A stretch of DNA of 64,000 bases from Macrostomum lignano (lineage: Eukaryota), in the NCBI GenBank assembly GCA_002269645.1, contig NIVC01000236.1:526882-590881 (forward strand). The letters are read 5' to 3'. Below are positions 39,101 to 51,644 of the stretch, piece after piece. The translations under genes were made by a program, and so were the position numbers. Below the pieces are notes generated by a model that saw only the letters and a list, made by a program, of their open reading frames with translations, made no database searches and was not told the DNA's origin. Position 1 is the first letter of the stretch. Each line of letters begins with the position of its first letter.

Positions 39101-42100
39101 GAGTCCTACAGCTACAGCGACGGCTCGCTTGCCGACTCGCTCGAGTGCCTCTGCGACCTGATGAAGATAATCAAGAACAAGCTGATAGACGAGGGACAAC
39201 ATAGCGCCTTGGACCGGTACTTCAGCGACCGGTACTTCCGTCTGATTCGCAATGACATTGTAGCGCCCGAGACTCGAGTCCGGCTATGTGAGATTGTCGG
39301 CACAAGGGGAGTGCAGAGCGCAGGAGGGCTGCGGGCACCCTGGCGCAACGCCTTCAGCGACATCGTCCCACAACCAACGGTGAGGCGATTTTGTCCATTC
39401 TGCTGACTCCTGAGCATGCAAGCGCGCCATACTGTACTCAAGCACGCACTCATGCACACGCTCAGGGTGTACGGTGGCCCTGACTTTCTAATGTCTTGTC
39501 TTTCCCTGTCTGTGCCTTGGAGGCTCATGGGCGGGAATCGCATGACAAGCCCCTGGCCAATTTTCATACACAGGCCGCGCGTTTACCGCTGAGCTGCTCA
39601 GCCACGGTTGCTTTAATTTATTGGCGAGTAGTATGTTTTGTTTCTTTAGTGCTCAGTTGGCAGTGCGGTCACCCAGTCTACTCAAGAGCATATGCAGCTT
39701 GGTCTGAGGCGCACAAGTTCACCGCCTGGCATTTAGTGAATTTGCCAATGGAAACTGGCGCACAGGCAAAGTACTTTGACTGTGCGACCATCCTCAGTAA
39801 TTTTCTTTGTTATTTGCGATATTTTTAAACCACATCGTTTGATGTACATTTGAGAGTCATCTTTAACTCTTGAAGTACGGGTCCATGAGATTTGCCCGTC
39901 GAGATTTGCCCGCAGTGCAATTTTCCTGCAGCGCTTTTGGTCACGTGACAGATATTTTCTGCACGCCCCCAATGCTTAATAAGTCTTAATAAAGAGATTT
40001 ACCCGATAAAAAAGTTTCGATAGTGACAGCATATCAATGCATCTTTTTCGTGTATGTATTCGTTCTATATACATGAAGGGTACATCTACTCAGCACAGCT
40101 GTTGCTACAAGCGTAAATTCCGATTTCGCGTTTAACTGGTACATAAAATTTTCCCGCTATTTCTGGGGCACCCTCCTCTGGTACTGATGTAAAGTTTGTC
40201 TTTCACTACTGCGACTGAAGATTTACCTTCTCAAATTCTCAAAAAATTTTTAAGCAGCAACCGCCGCCTCGAACCGTTCACGTCTTCGACTCCACGCCTA
40301 CTTTCGTGGCGCAGCCGAACACGTCCTACAGATCTCAGCCGAAACCGGCGCCCAAGCCGCTGTTTGTGGTTGAATTGCGGAAGGACAAGGTCGACCTGCG
40401 CAAGGCCGACTGTCCCTACGTGCCCGGATTCCTGCAGAAGAAGCCTGACGACCAGGAGCAGCTCAAGAAGGAGAAGACCGAGCGGAACATTCGGTCCATC
40501 CTGAACAAGATTGCTCCGCAGAACTTTGAGTCCTGCTTCTCTCAGCTGACCACAACCTGCGATATCGGCAGCATCCAAGGTCTCAATGCCTGCGTTGACA
40601 TCATCTTTGAGAAGGTATGGGAGGACTCTAATGCATTGCAGTGGTCTGTACTCCACCTATCCTGACTGAATTGTCTATGCCTTGTATTAAATATTTCAGT
40701 CCACTCGCGAAATTCTTTATTCATCTGTTTATGCTGAAATCTGCAAGCGACTGGCATTTGTGAGCCCCAGTGTATTTATTGACTGGTAGAACTCATTTAG
40801 AAAATCGTATATTTGGATATGCTAACTGACTCCAGGACACTACAAAACCTTTTTTCCAGCTCAAGGTGAGTTTTCCCGAGCAGTCTCAGGAAAATAAACA
40901 GTTCATCGGTTTCCGGTCTCTGCTGCTGAAGAAATGCCAGGAAATGTTCGAGACTCCGCTGAAGAAGCAGATGGAGCAGAAGGGGGCGCAGTGGCAAGAG
41001 AAGATCGACGCAGAAGAGAAGGAAGACAAGAAGAAGGCGCTGGAAGAGGAGAGGGACGAGCAGATGAAGAAAGCAAAGGACCAATATTACGGGAACATCA
41101 GGTGAGTTTCTGTTAGAAGCTGGGTTAATAAAATGGGGTCCTTTATTGTGTATTGTGTGATTTCATGCTGCCTCACTGCAGATTCATCGGCGAGCTGTTC
41201 ATGAAGGACATCCTGACGGCAAACATCATCCATCAGTGCATTGTATCACAGCTGAAGTCAGACCACAGCAGCAAGAGCATGTTCACGGAGTCGCTGGAGT
41301 GCCTGTGCGAGCTGCTGAAGACAGTCGGCAAAAAGCTGGAGAGTGAGAACAACTCCAAGGCTCGAATCGACCAGTACTTTGAGCGGATCAAGAAGCTGAT
41401 CAACAGCAAGGAGATCGAGTCGAAGGTTCGGTTCCGCCTGCAGGACATCGTAGAGATGCGACAGCGGAACTGGGAGCGGCGCGAGATGGAGATTCGGTTG
41501 CACGAGAGGCCGATGACGAAGGAGGAGCTGGAGCAGAAAGCCAGACAGGAGTCGCGGAAGCAGCAGCTGGCAGGCATGCAGCAGCAGCAGACTCGAGGTG
41601 GCCGGCAGGGCTGCTTCAGTCGGCCACCTGCCTGGCCAACCCCTGCGGCCAACAGCGAGTGGACCGCAGTAACAACGACTCGCAAGGCACAGAAGATGGA
41701 CGCCCGCAAGATGGTCATCGGCAGCAGCCAGGAGCAGGGCCAGTCACAGACTCGGTTTAGCTCGTCTCGAAAGTCGTTGGTGGCCAAGGCAAGGCCCGGC
41801 GGCAAGGATGACGGAGGCCGTGGCACGCCGAGGTGAGAATATTCTGAGCATCCGTGGTATAACCTATTATAGGAAAGAACATAAAATGGTTTCCACCTAT
41901 ACTAAATGTCTAAGATTTGTCGTATACTAAAATTCAGAGAATGGAAAACACTGTCTTTGATTCTCGACGTCCTCAATTAGTTTTCCTGTTCTGGACCTCA
42001 GAAATGTTTAGAATTTGCTAAACACAAACTCGCTCCTCCGCTAGGCTGGGCAGTCAGAAGAACTCGCGAGAGTCCAGCGCCAGTCGTGGCACCAGTCGGG

Positions 42101-44738
42101 AGGCCTCGCTGCACCTGGATCCGCAGCAGCTGCAGCAACCCGCCGTGGCAGCGTTGGCGGCCTCCGGCAAGATGCCGCGCTCTCAGTCCAGCCAGGAGCT
42201 GCCGGCGCGGGCCGTTGAGTCGCCACGGTCCGTTGAGCCGCCGCCGATACCGCGGGACGTTCTGGAGCGGAAGAGCAAAAACATAATGATGGAGTGGCTC
42301 GGCTCCCTGTGCTCGCTAGAAGTAAGCTCTTGCCTTGCATGAATGTGTCTGAAGAATCTGAAGCACCGCATCCTCTCCCTCACCTTCTTCCATTCAGGAC
42401 ACCAAATCCAACTTCATTGAAATCTCGCGTCACCCAGAAATCAGCGCCTTCGTGGAGGTGAACGCGGAGCACCTGCTGAATGAAAACAGCAAAGAGCTTC
42501 GGGAGAGGGGCGGCCAGCTGCTCTTCGAGTTGCTGCACAGCGAGCTGCTCAGCTCGAAAGATCTTATTGAGGGGTGAGTCTGGGCAAAGTGATGAAGCTG
42601 CTCACCGCGATGCGTCAGCAGGATGAATTTTGGAATTACCGTCTGACCCGGTGAGGCCCCCGAGGCCCCCGGCTGACGAAGTTTTTGCTGTCTGAAGCTC
42701 GACGCGATCCCAGCTGTCAGGAGCCTGGGAGGCCCAGCTGTCAGAAGCCTGGGAGGCCCAGCTGTCAGCAGCCTGGGAGGCCCAGCTGTCAGCAGCCTGG
42801 GAGGCCCAGCTGTCAGCAGCCTGGGAGGCCCAGCTGCCAGCAGCCTGGAATTACCGTCTGACCCGGTGAGGCCCCCGAGGCCCCCGGCTGACGAAGTTTT
42901 TGCTGTCTGAAGCTCGACGTGATCCCAGCTGTCAGGAGCCTGGGAGGCCCAGCAGCCCAGTCAGCAGCCTGGGAGGCCCAGCTGCCAGCAGCCTGGGAGG
43001 CCCAGCAGCCCAGTCAGCAGCCTGGGAGGCCCAGCAGCCCAGTCAGCAGCCTGGGAGGCCCAGCTGCCAGCAGCCTGGGAGGCCCAGCTGCCAGCAGCCT
43101 GGGAGGCCCAGCAGCCCAGTCAGCAGCCTGGGAGGCCCAGCTGCCAGCAGCCTGGGAGGCCCAGCTGCCAGCAGCCTGGGAGGCCCAGCAGCCCAGTCAG
43201 CAGCCTGGGAGGCCCAGCTGCCAGCAGCCTGGGAGGCCCAGCAGCCCAGTCAGCAGCCTGGGAGGCCCAGCTGCCAGCAGCCTGGGAGGCCCAGCAGCCC
43301 AGTCAGCAGCCTGGGAGGCCCAGCTGCCAGCAGCCTGGGAGGCCCAGCTGCCAGCAGCCTGGGAGGCCCAGCAGCCCAGTCAGCAGCCTGGGAGGCCCAG
43401 CTGCCAGCAGCCTGGGAGGCCCAGCAGCCCAGTCAGCAGCCTGGGAGGCCCAGCTGCCAGCAGCCTGGGAGGCCCAGCAGCCCAGTCAGCAGCCTGGGAG
43501 GCCCAGCTGCCAGCAGCCTGGGAGGCCCAGCTGCCAGCAGCCTGGGAGGCCCAGCTGCCAGGAGCCTGGGAGGCCCAGCTGTCAGAAGCCTGGGAGGCGC
43601 AGCTGTCAGCAGCCTGGGTGGCACAGCGGCTCTGGGCCCTGGGTTGTGAATTGATTATAGTAGATTGCAGACTCCCACCCATCATCCGCTCCCCCGCAGC
43701 TTCTCACCCATCATGGAGATGGCGGACGACTTCCTGTCGGACTTCCCGCTTCTGTCCAGCTACCTGGGAGAGATTTTCTCCTCCTTTGTGCAGAAGGCGG
43801 CCTCCTACCTGTCCTGCGTGCAGCAGCTGGTGCTGAGGATCCCCGCCGACCTGCGAGACTCGAGCCGGCGACCTCTGCGGGGCGAGGTGGTGTCGCGGGC
43901 GCTGCACCTGGCCAGCGGGCGGCTCGACCACGACCGGGTGGGCGCGGCGTTCCGGGAGGCGGGGATGGCGTGGCACAGCCTGCTGGAGCTGCCGCAGGCG
44001 GACGCGGCGGACTTCGTTGCAGCCAACAAGCTGGAGTTCACTCTGCATGAGACGACGCTGTCGCCATCGCCCATCGCCCTGGACGTCGTCGGCGAGCGGA
44101 TCGAGCAGAAAATCGGCAACGCAGACGGCGACGCCTCGGCGAAGGACCTACTGTCCGAGGAGCTGATCGCCCTCATAGAGAAGGAGGTGGACAAGAAGCA
44201 GATGGAGTCTCGGGAGTTCATCCGGGTTCTCGTGCGAAGCGTTTGTCGCGGCTGCACTCGTGAGTGGGCAGTCGGTGATGTGCATTTGCAGTGATGGGGC
44301 ATCTTTATGGCAGGTCAGTTGTGACTTGAATTCTCACACTTTGCAGAGAGCAAGAAGCTGAACAAGCCGCTGTTCCTGCTGGTTAAGCCAGTCCTTATGC
44401 GGCACATTGAGACCCATGAGCAGCAACAGCAGTGGGTTCTCAGCGCCACCTGCGACACCATAAAGAGTGCAGGCCTTTCACTTGGTGAGTTTTGCTTTGC
44501 TGGTAGCAATGCTCTGACCTTTCTACTCACTGTGCTTCAGTAGTTTCAACTGCGCATTCCTTCCAAATGCACTGCAGAGTTGATAAACGACCTCTTCTTC
44601 GCCTACCTTGATAACGCAATCATCTGCGAGGACTCGTTCAAGCAGTGGTACCAGGAGGCCGGCAAGGAGCTTCAGGACGCCACTCAGGTGTTTATTAACA
44701 CTCTGGAGTCCACGCACAGCCCCAGCACTGACTCCTAG
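30171..44738 (+). CDS. eIF4G: eIF4G paralogue A. Exons 30171-30205, 33944-33957, 34034-34077, 34232-34468, 36657-37436, 37904-38116, 38295-38354, 38443-38687, 39022-39379, 40315-40614, 40700-40759, 40860-41101, 41182-41832, 42045-42321, 42398-42573, 43700-44259, 44347-44484, 44578-44738
   Basis: The exons sum to 4551 nt (1516 aa plus stop) with compatible phases. eIF4E-binding motif YDRDFLL at 37335-37355; MIF4G (RSILNKI..FIGEL..ESLECLCELL..RFRLQD); MA3 region; W2 region (IICEDSFKQW). Confidence 0.93.
30525..32850 (-). mobile_element. Gypsy remnant (RNase H to integrase, PPT, 3' LTR) inside the eIF4G U12 intron
   Basis: RLQRWAIFLTAYDYKIEY, RLKLLARIEFWWPAIDKDIE, LISDNGPSFVSHEF..YYPQSNG. PPT at 30756-30767 is followed by TGCTATGG; the LTR end at about 30525 is approximate. 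Confidence 0.85.
31775..32364. mobile_element. Non-autonomous DNA element with 8-bp TSD, containing a nested MITE (about 31977-32283)
   Basis: TSD GCAATACT at 31767-31774 and 32365-32372; imperfect TIRs CCCTAT...ATAGGG; nested TAGAGATG...CATCTCTA element. The insertion interrupts the integrase HHCC region. Confidence 0.8.
34522..35765. mobile_element. Solo LTR-like insertion (1244 bp) in an eIF4G-A intron
   Basis: TGAGGTGGG...CCTACCACA flanked by the 4-bp TSD CATT (34518-34521 and 35766-35769). The empty site is present in paralogue B at about 1273-1276. Confidence 0.85.
34583..34738. repeat. 63-bp-arm inverted repeat inside the solo LTR
   Basis: Arms 34583-34645 and 34676-34738 have about 4 mismatches; the loop contains the palindrome AGTCACGTGACT. 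Confidence 0.92.
37593..37700 (+). repeat. Recent 108-bp duplicate of eIF4G coding sequence from about 41650-41757
   Basis: 8 differences in 108 nt by manual alignment, all transitions. Confidence 0.9.
42631..43620. repeat. Intronic GC-rich minisatellite (24/30-bp units) plus a 215-bp-period direct repeat
   Basis: Unit CAGCTGCCAGCAGCCTGGGAGGCC; TGGAATTACCGTCTGACC occurs at 42631 and 42846. Confidence 0.92.
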
Positions 44739-45905
44739 CCCCTGCATTTTGCGAGCCCAAGCCACCGAATCCCCTGATTGGCCCGATTCGCGATTAACGG
44801 CACCGATTTCCGCCGATTTCCGATTTCATGTTTTGCAGAATTTATCTTCTTATTTTATGTTATAGTTATTGCTTTGTTTAACTTTCGCTCGCGTAGTCAT
44901 TGAGTTGTTATTGAATCGAATCCAGACAAAGAAAATATCTTTTAAACGTGAAGTCTTCGCCAGCATTGATAACTGCTACTACTAAGCACTACTAACTGCT
45001 GTGTCAAATTTCACCAATTTTACCAACTGCGTCCAGCCCTCCAACCCTAGGCGAGTCTTTCGTGTGCTTGTTTAGGATTTAGGGACTGTTTGGCGGATTT
45101 AGGCTAGGTGTGTTGCGTGTAAGATCGCAGGGTTTTTTAATTTTCGATGTGCTGGGAAACTCGTGTCCGGGACATGATAGCAGAATGCGAATTTAATCTG
45201 TGCTCGAATCAAGAAATCTAAACTGAGGAACAAGAAGCCAATGCTCCCAAGATGCCCCCAATCAAGGGGTTCATGCTGATCATGCCGATCCTTTGCCTGA
45301 GCAATCAGGATTTCCGTCATAGACAACTATTCTACAAAATAGTCATGACTTTCAACACACCTATACACTAAATGTCAGCGATTTAGACAAAAACAGGATG
45401 TGTCCTCAGGACGCCACTCAAGTGTTTATTAAATCTCCGGAGTCCACGCACATTTTGAACTAAATTTCTCAAGATCAAGAATAATGAACTGCATCAGAAC
45501 CCCCCCCCCCCAGTGTTGTTTGTGAAGCACTCGTAGTTCATTGCACACTGTCATGCTTTTCTATTTTGATCTTTTATTTAATCATGTTTATGAGAATTGA
45601 TATTTATTGATAATTGCTAATAGTTGAGAATTTTGCTATTTTTTGTGATTTTTCGTAGGATTGATAAATTGTGTCTATAGTATGAGCAGGTATATTCAAG
45701 TATACTCAATGCTGTCTAGCCCAGCCTATGCCTGTCATTAAGCACAGGCTACGGATGCCTCTTACTGCCATTGGACCAAGACTGCCTGCCAACCAGACGA
45801 GAATTTGTCCAACTAAAAGTATTTAATAAACGCATTCAGCAGTTTTTATTCACCTGGCACACAGCAGCTTAGCTATTCAACTTTGCAAAGCTCGAATCCA
45901 AAAAG

Positions 45906-46839
45906 ATGTTCCGCCGTCCGCTTTTGCCGTCTCGAGTTCCGCCGCTTCTCTTGCTGGCCCTGTGGCTGCTGCTGGCCGGGCCGGAATTCGCTGTGGCCGA
46001 TCGATCGCTGTGGCTGGAGTCTGACAGCCAATGCGGAGCTGTCCGGCTGTCTGTGAGCAGCCGCGGTCTCGTGCAGTGCCTGTACGAGTGCTCCATCTTG
46101 AGCTGGTGCCTCTGCGCTCGCTTCGCAGACTCCGAGTGCTCCCTGATGCTTCCCGGCGGCGAGGTGTCGCCCACAGCTGCCGGGCTGGCCGCTGCCGGGA
46201 CCGTGTACAAGAACCAGCAGTTCGATTGTGAGCAAAGGGGCATAAGATATGGCTATTCATGCATCTGTTTACATGCAGTCATCATTTGCACGGGTGATGT
46301 ACAAAAGTAGCGAAAGCCTAGTGATCTGATTCATCTGATGGTCTGCATCTATAGTATTTGTATCTCTGTTGCTTCAAAAGGGGGAAGTGCCGTTCCCAAT
46401 CACTCCAATAAGCCAGCAGTTCCACCTTTTATTGCTTTTAGTCTCCAGCATCTGCAAGCTGCCGCTCTCCGGCTGCGAGCAGAGCACCGTGTATTCGACC
46501 GGCAACCTGTGCGGCAAGGCTGCTGACGGCAACGTGGCCCAGGCGTTCTCGACTTGCTTCTGCACCGAATCCGGCGTCAACGAGTGGTGGGAGGCTGGCA
46601 CAGCTGACCCGGCCTTCATCACTGAGGTGACGCTGTACAACCGCGGCGACTGCTGCCCGCACCGGCTCAACAACTTCGTCATCACGGTGGACGGCGTCGC
46701 CTGTGTGGACTTCGTCACCTCAACCGCTTTCTCGGTGCGGAACTTCACCTGCAACATGGCCGGCCGCAGGCTGCGGGTGACCAACCGGCTGAACGGGCAC
46801 CTCACCTTCTGCGAGGTGGTCGCTTACGGCTACATGTGA
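45906..46839 (+). CDS. Secreted protein with a Cys-rich PAN/apple-like segment and an F-type lectin (fucolectin) domain. Exons 45906-46227 and 46442-46839
   Basis: Signal peptide MFRRPLLPSRVPPLLLLALWLLLAG; QCLYECSILSWCLC; AADGN..WW..EVTLYNRGDCCPHRL..LTFCEVVAYG*. The phase-1 junction is compatible. Confidence 0.82.
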
Positions 46840-47097
46840 TTGACAGGCTTGCCTGGTCTCTGAGCAAAGCTGACGAACATTTTTCTCTTCTTACAATCGA
46901 TCAAGCTGCATACAGAGGGGACTTGAGGAGGTCGGGAAACGTTGTTTCTAAGAAAAGCTTTATAAAGCAGATCATTCCAAGTTTTTTCCTACAAAAGTAG
47001 CTCGTATTGTTCGTGCAAAAGCAGCCCCAACATATTTTCTAAGAAGTGAGATTTCCTGTCTTTCTACTTCCATACTTAGGCTGTTGAACTTAATGTC

Positions 47098-47672
47098 GCT
47101 ACTGCAGATCCTGCTTTGGCACTCTGCACCTGTGCCCTGTCCTCACTGCAGATCCTGCTTTGGCTCTCTGCACCTGTGCCCTGTCCCCACTGCAGATCCT
47201 GCTTTGGCTCTCTGCACCTGTGCCCTGTCCCCACTGCAGATCCTGCTTTGGCTCTCTGCACCTGTGCCCTGTCCCCACTGCAGATCCTGCTTTGGCTCTG
47301 CACCTGTGCCCTGTCCCCACTGCAGATCCTGCTTTGGCTCTGCACCTGTGCCCTGTCCCCACTGCAGATCCTGCTTTGGCTCTCTGCACCTGTGCCCTGT
47401 CCCCACTGCAGATCCTGCTTTGGCTCTCTGCACCTGTGCCCTGTTCCCACTGCAGATCCTGCTTTGGCTCTCTGCACCTGTGCCCTGTTCCCACTGCAGA
47501 TCCTGCTTTGGCTCTCTGCACCTGTGCCCTGTTCCCACTGTAGATCCTGCTTTGGCTCTCTGCACCTGTGCCCTGTCCCCACTGCAGATCCTGCTTTGGC
47601 TCTCTGCACCTGTGCCCTGTCCCCACTGCAGATCCTGCTTTGGCTCTCTGCACCTGTGCCCTGTTCCCACTG
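47098..47672. repeat. 44-bp minisatellite, about 13 copies
   Basis: Unit TGGCTCTCTGCACCTGTGCCCTGTCCCCACTGCAGATCCTGCTT. Confidence 0.95.
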
Positions 47673-48589
47673 CCAATCAGAGCAAATTACCTTTTAACCC
47701 GCGAATCCAGTTTTTTTAATATTTTCTAATTTTAAATGCCTTCAAAATTACTCGAAATATTTTAGAATTTTTTATTTTAAAATTATTTATTTTTTACATG
47801 TACATCAGCAAAAGCGTCAATGGGAGACTCTGCTTGCTATGAAAAAACTTTTGTGCGAGCACCCCATGGTGATAATAATTTATATCAACATGTTGATGGA
47901 ACACCGTGTCCACAGTTATCCAAAAAGTTTGTTTGAATTTCACTGTTTTTTTTTTATTTCTCAAGTACTTAGCATATCACACTCCTAGACGCCTATGCAA
48001 GTTTTGTAGATCAACTCGATCGATCTTGCCATGCAAGATACTGATGAAGCTCTCATGAGGATGCGGAGAGGAACTATGAAACTTGAATCAATGAATTCTG
48101 ATTTAAATTTCAATCTCTTCGCCTTTTCCGTTCTGCACTCATTCCGCCTGCTGTTTTATTCAGCGGAATGACAGCTGCGAAATTAGGGAGGCAGCAGCAA
48201 TAGAAGACATTTTCTTAGAATGCATAAATAGAAGAATCCAGCAACACTTGCTCTTCGTATAAAAACTGGTCAAAAAGATGCCCTCTCGTTTGACGAAATG
48301 CATCGGCAGCGGAGAAAATTACTAAAATCATCTGTGGTCATGCTGCCTTCATTTGTTTACACTATCGTGCCAGCTGCATTACGCCTGTTTCTTAGAGAAA
48401 ATGTTTTAGTAGGTAAAAGCTTTGCCCGTCTCAGCTGCGGCTATGAATAGACTGAGCACTGACTTGATATCTGCAGTGCTTGCTTTGCAATTATTTCACT
48501 GTTTGATTGCTGTGGGTCAGTGCAGTTTGTGAGTTTATATTTCAGTATGAAACTTTTCTCTATTCACGAGTCAAACGCATTGAAGCATA

Positions 48590-49105
48590 TCCTACCAGAA
48601 GCATATTTTACTAGAAGCATATTCTACTAAGATCATATTCTACTAAGATCATATTCTACTAGAAGCAGCATATTCTACTAGAAGCATATTCTACTAGAAG
48701 CATTCTACTAGAAGCAGCATATTCTACTAGAAGCATATTCTACTAGAAGCATTCTACTAGAAGCAGCATATTCTACTAGAAGCATATTCTACTAGAAGCA
48801 TATTCTATTGGAAGCAGCATATTCTACTAGAAGCATATTCTACTAGAAGCATATTCTACTAAGATCATATTCTACTAGAAGCATATTCTACTAAGATCAT
48901 ATTCTACTAGAAGTAGTGCAGATTCTACTATAGAAGCATATTCTACTAGAAGCAGATTCTACAATAGAAGCAGATTCTACAATAGAAGCAGATTCTACAA
49001 TAGAAGCAGATTCTACAATAGAAGCATATTCTACTAGAAGCATATTCTACTATAGAAGCATATTCTACTATAGAAGCATATTCTAATGGAAGCATATTCT
49101 AGTAG
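48590..49105. repeat. 16-bp-based minisatellite
   Basis: Unit AGAAGCATATTCTACT and variants. Confidence 0.95.
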
Positions 49106-49442
49106 AAGAATATTCTGAAGCCTTTGATTTGAAGGAGAAGTAAGAGTTCACGTTCCGGGTGAACGATTCCCATCGGCACCCATTGTGTGGCAAAGTTGAC
49201 CAACACAATGGAATATTGAACGAGCTGGCAGACAAGAGTCAGCAACTTCCCCCCGTTCCAGCAGCACAGCAGCAGACTATTGAGCTGTCTAAACAAAAGG
49301 CCTCAGCGCCGGCAAAAAAGCGCAGGTCGGCTGCAAGAATTCAAGTGGGAGGAAACTCAAGTGGAGTAAAACATATTTTTCCTGTTGCCCTCCTCAAACT
49401 CTGTAGTTCCCGTGTTTCTTCCCACATATCTTTCCTCCAAGA

Positions 49443-49620
49443 CAGGGGCGCACCAAGGAGTAGGCGGGGCGGCGGTCGCCCCCTTCGGCGGAGACCTGAA
49501 AATAATGACAGGGGGAGCAAGTGCATTTTGCCAAAAACAGAGCCACCCCTCTGCCCCCCTTTGAGATCTTCCCTCCAGAATCCGCCCCTCCCCATCAAGA
49601 AATTTCTGGTTGCGCCACTG
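49443..49620. mobile_element. hAT-type MITE (178 bp)
   Basis: Termini CAGGGGCG...CGCCACTG with the 8-bp TSD CTCCAAGA at 49435-49442 and 49621-49628. Confidence 0.88.
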
Positions 49621-49949
49621 CTCCAAGACAGTCTCTACCCTTTTGCCGAGTCAGGCTACTCTCCTTTGCGAGGAAAATACAATGGGAGCCAAGGACAGCT
49701 AAATACTGTATGGACGGGAAGCTATACAGCGATTCGTGCAAAAAGACTTGAAGGCAGGACCCCATTTTCCCCACTGGCACATTTTTAACTGCTTCCAAAA
49801 GCATTCCAACTGCACTACTGCCGGAAAGTAGGCAATATTGACTGTTAGCACACTGGCCCTCTTGGGAGAATGCAGTTATAACGCAACAACTTTCTATTTA
49901 AAGCATGAAGTGCTTTAAGACAAATGTTAAGAAAAAATAGCAGCCCCCC

Positions 49950-50790
49950 ATTTGAGCATTGGAAATCTCAGCAACCCCTCATTTGAGCATTGGCATCTCA
50001 GCAACCCCTCATTTGAGCATTGGGATCTCAGCAACCCCTCATTTGAGCATTGGAAATCTCAGTAACCCCTCATTTGAGCATTGGAAATCTCAGTAACCCC
50101 TCATTTGAGCATTGGAAATCGATCAGTAACCCCTCATTTGAGCATTGGAAATCGATCAGTAACCCCTCATTTGAGCATTGGAAATCGATCAGTAACCCCT
50201 CATTTGAGCATTGGAAATCTCAGTAACCCCTCATTTGAGCATTGGAAATCGATCAGTAACCCCTCATTTGAGCATTGGAAATCTCAGTAACCCCTCATTT
50301 GAGCATTGGAAATCGATCAGTAACCCCTCATTTGAGCATTGGAAATCGATCAGTAACCCCTCATTTGAGCATTGGAAATCGATCAGTAACCCCTCATTTG
50401 AGCATTGGAAATCTCAGTAACCCCTCATTTGAGCATTGGAAATCGATCAGTAACCCCTCATTTGAGCATTGGAAATCGATCAGTAACCCCTCATTTGAGC
50501 ATTGGGATCTCAGCAACCCCTCATTTGAGCATTGGGATCTCAGCAACCCCTCATTTGAGCATTGGAAATCTCAGTAACCCCTCATTTGAGCATTGGAAAT
50601 CTCAGTAACCCCTCATTTGAGCATTGGAAATCTCAGCAACCCCTCATTTGAGCATTGGAAATCTCAGCAACCCCTCATTTGAGCATTGGAAATCTCAGCA
50701 ACCCCTCATTTGAGCATTGGAAATCTCAGTAACCCCTCATTTGAGCATTGGAAATCTCAGTAACCCCTCATTTGAGCATTGGAAATCTCA
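49950..50790. repeat. 31/33-bp minisatellite
   Basis: Unit CATTTGAGCATTGGAAATCTCAGTAACCCCT. Confidence 0.95.
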
Positions 50791-51644
50791 GCAGCTCCCC
50801 GCCCTTGACCCTCGTCAACCCCCAATGTCTGCAGGTGCCGGTGAAAAAAAGCCAGCTAGGAAGTAGTTCAAGATCCCAGCTGATACTCACTGCAAGGAAG
50901 AGACCCAGTGGCAGTCTCGTATTGCAAATGCACGCATTTTGCCACGCCAGAAATTAATGAAAACATAAGGAAATTGCCTCGCACTGGCATTTCTTTTTCT
51001 CTCTCTCTGCAACTGGAAAATTTGAAAACAGAAGCAAAGTTGGAAACCCAGAAAGCACTTTATTGCCCGCTTGATGAACGCTTGGTGACTGCAACGGCCT
51101 CTGCCTCTCCCTCAGCCGCCTCTCCCTGCTTCGCGCTTACACAAGTATTAAAGCCTGAACTGCAGCTGCAAGCGCCCAACTTTGCAGGCATTCAAATCTG
51201 AATTTCAAACAAGAAAATCACGACTCGAGATCTCCAGCGCCGTTTCGTTCGACATTCAAGATTATCCGTTCCGTGTTCTCGTAGCCTAGCTTCGCAGTCT
51301 GAGAATTCTCCCAGTTTCAATGCTTCAACTTCCCAGTTTCGATCAGCAGCGGAGTTCCTTCAAAGCCGCCGAGCTCCAGCTGGCCGCCGCGCTGCGCTCG
51401 CTGCGGGAACTTCGGCTGGAGCGGCCGGCGGGTCCGGCGGCGGCCAACGAGGTCGATCAGCCGGCGGCCCGAAGTCTCCAGGTCACAAGGACTCGAATTT
51501 GCGGCCGGGTGAGCTGCCTGCACCTGGCGCCGGGGGACATCCGGGTGAGGCCTTGTGTTGTTCGGCGCAGATTGTGTTGGATGGAAATTCATTTTTTTAT
51601 TCAATGTAGCTGCATGCCCTGTGTATGCCGCAACGATTTTGTTG

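Noticed and set aside
40860-40871. AAG|GTGAGT as the donor of a 6-nt micro-exon
   Set aside because: The downstream sequence is the continuous MIF4G frame, homologous to the exon at 38443, and no suitable acceptor follows.
48040-48095. CTGATGA...GAAA as a hammerhead ribozyme (also CTGATGA at 34137 and 14775)
   Set aside because: I could not form canonical stems I-III.
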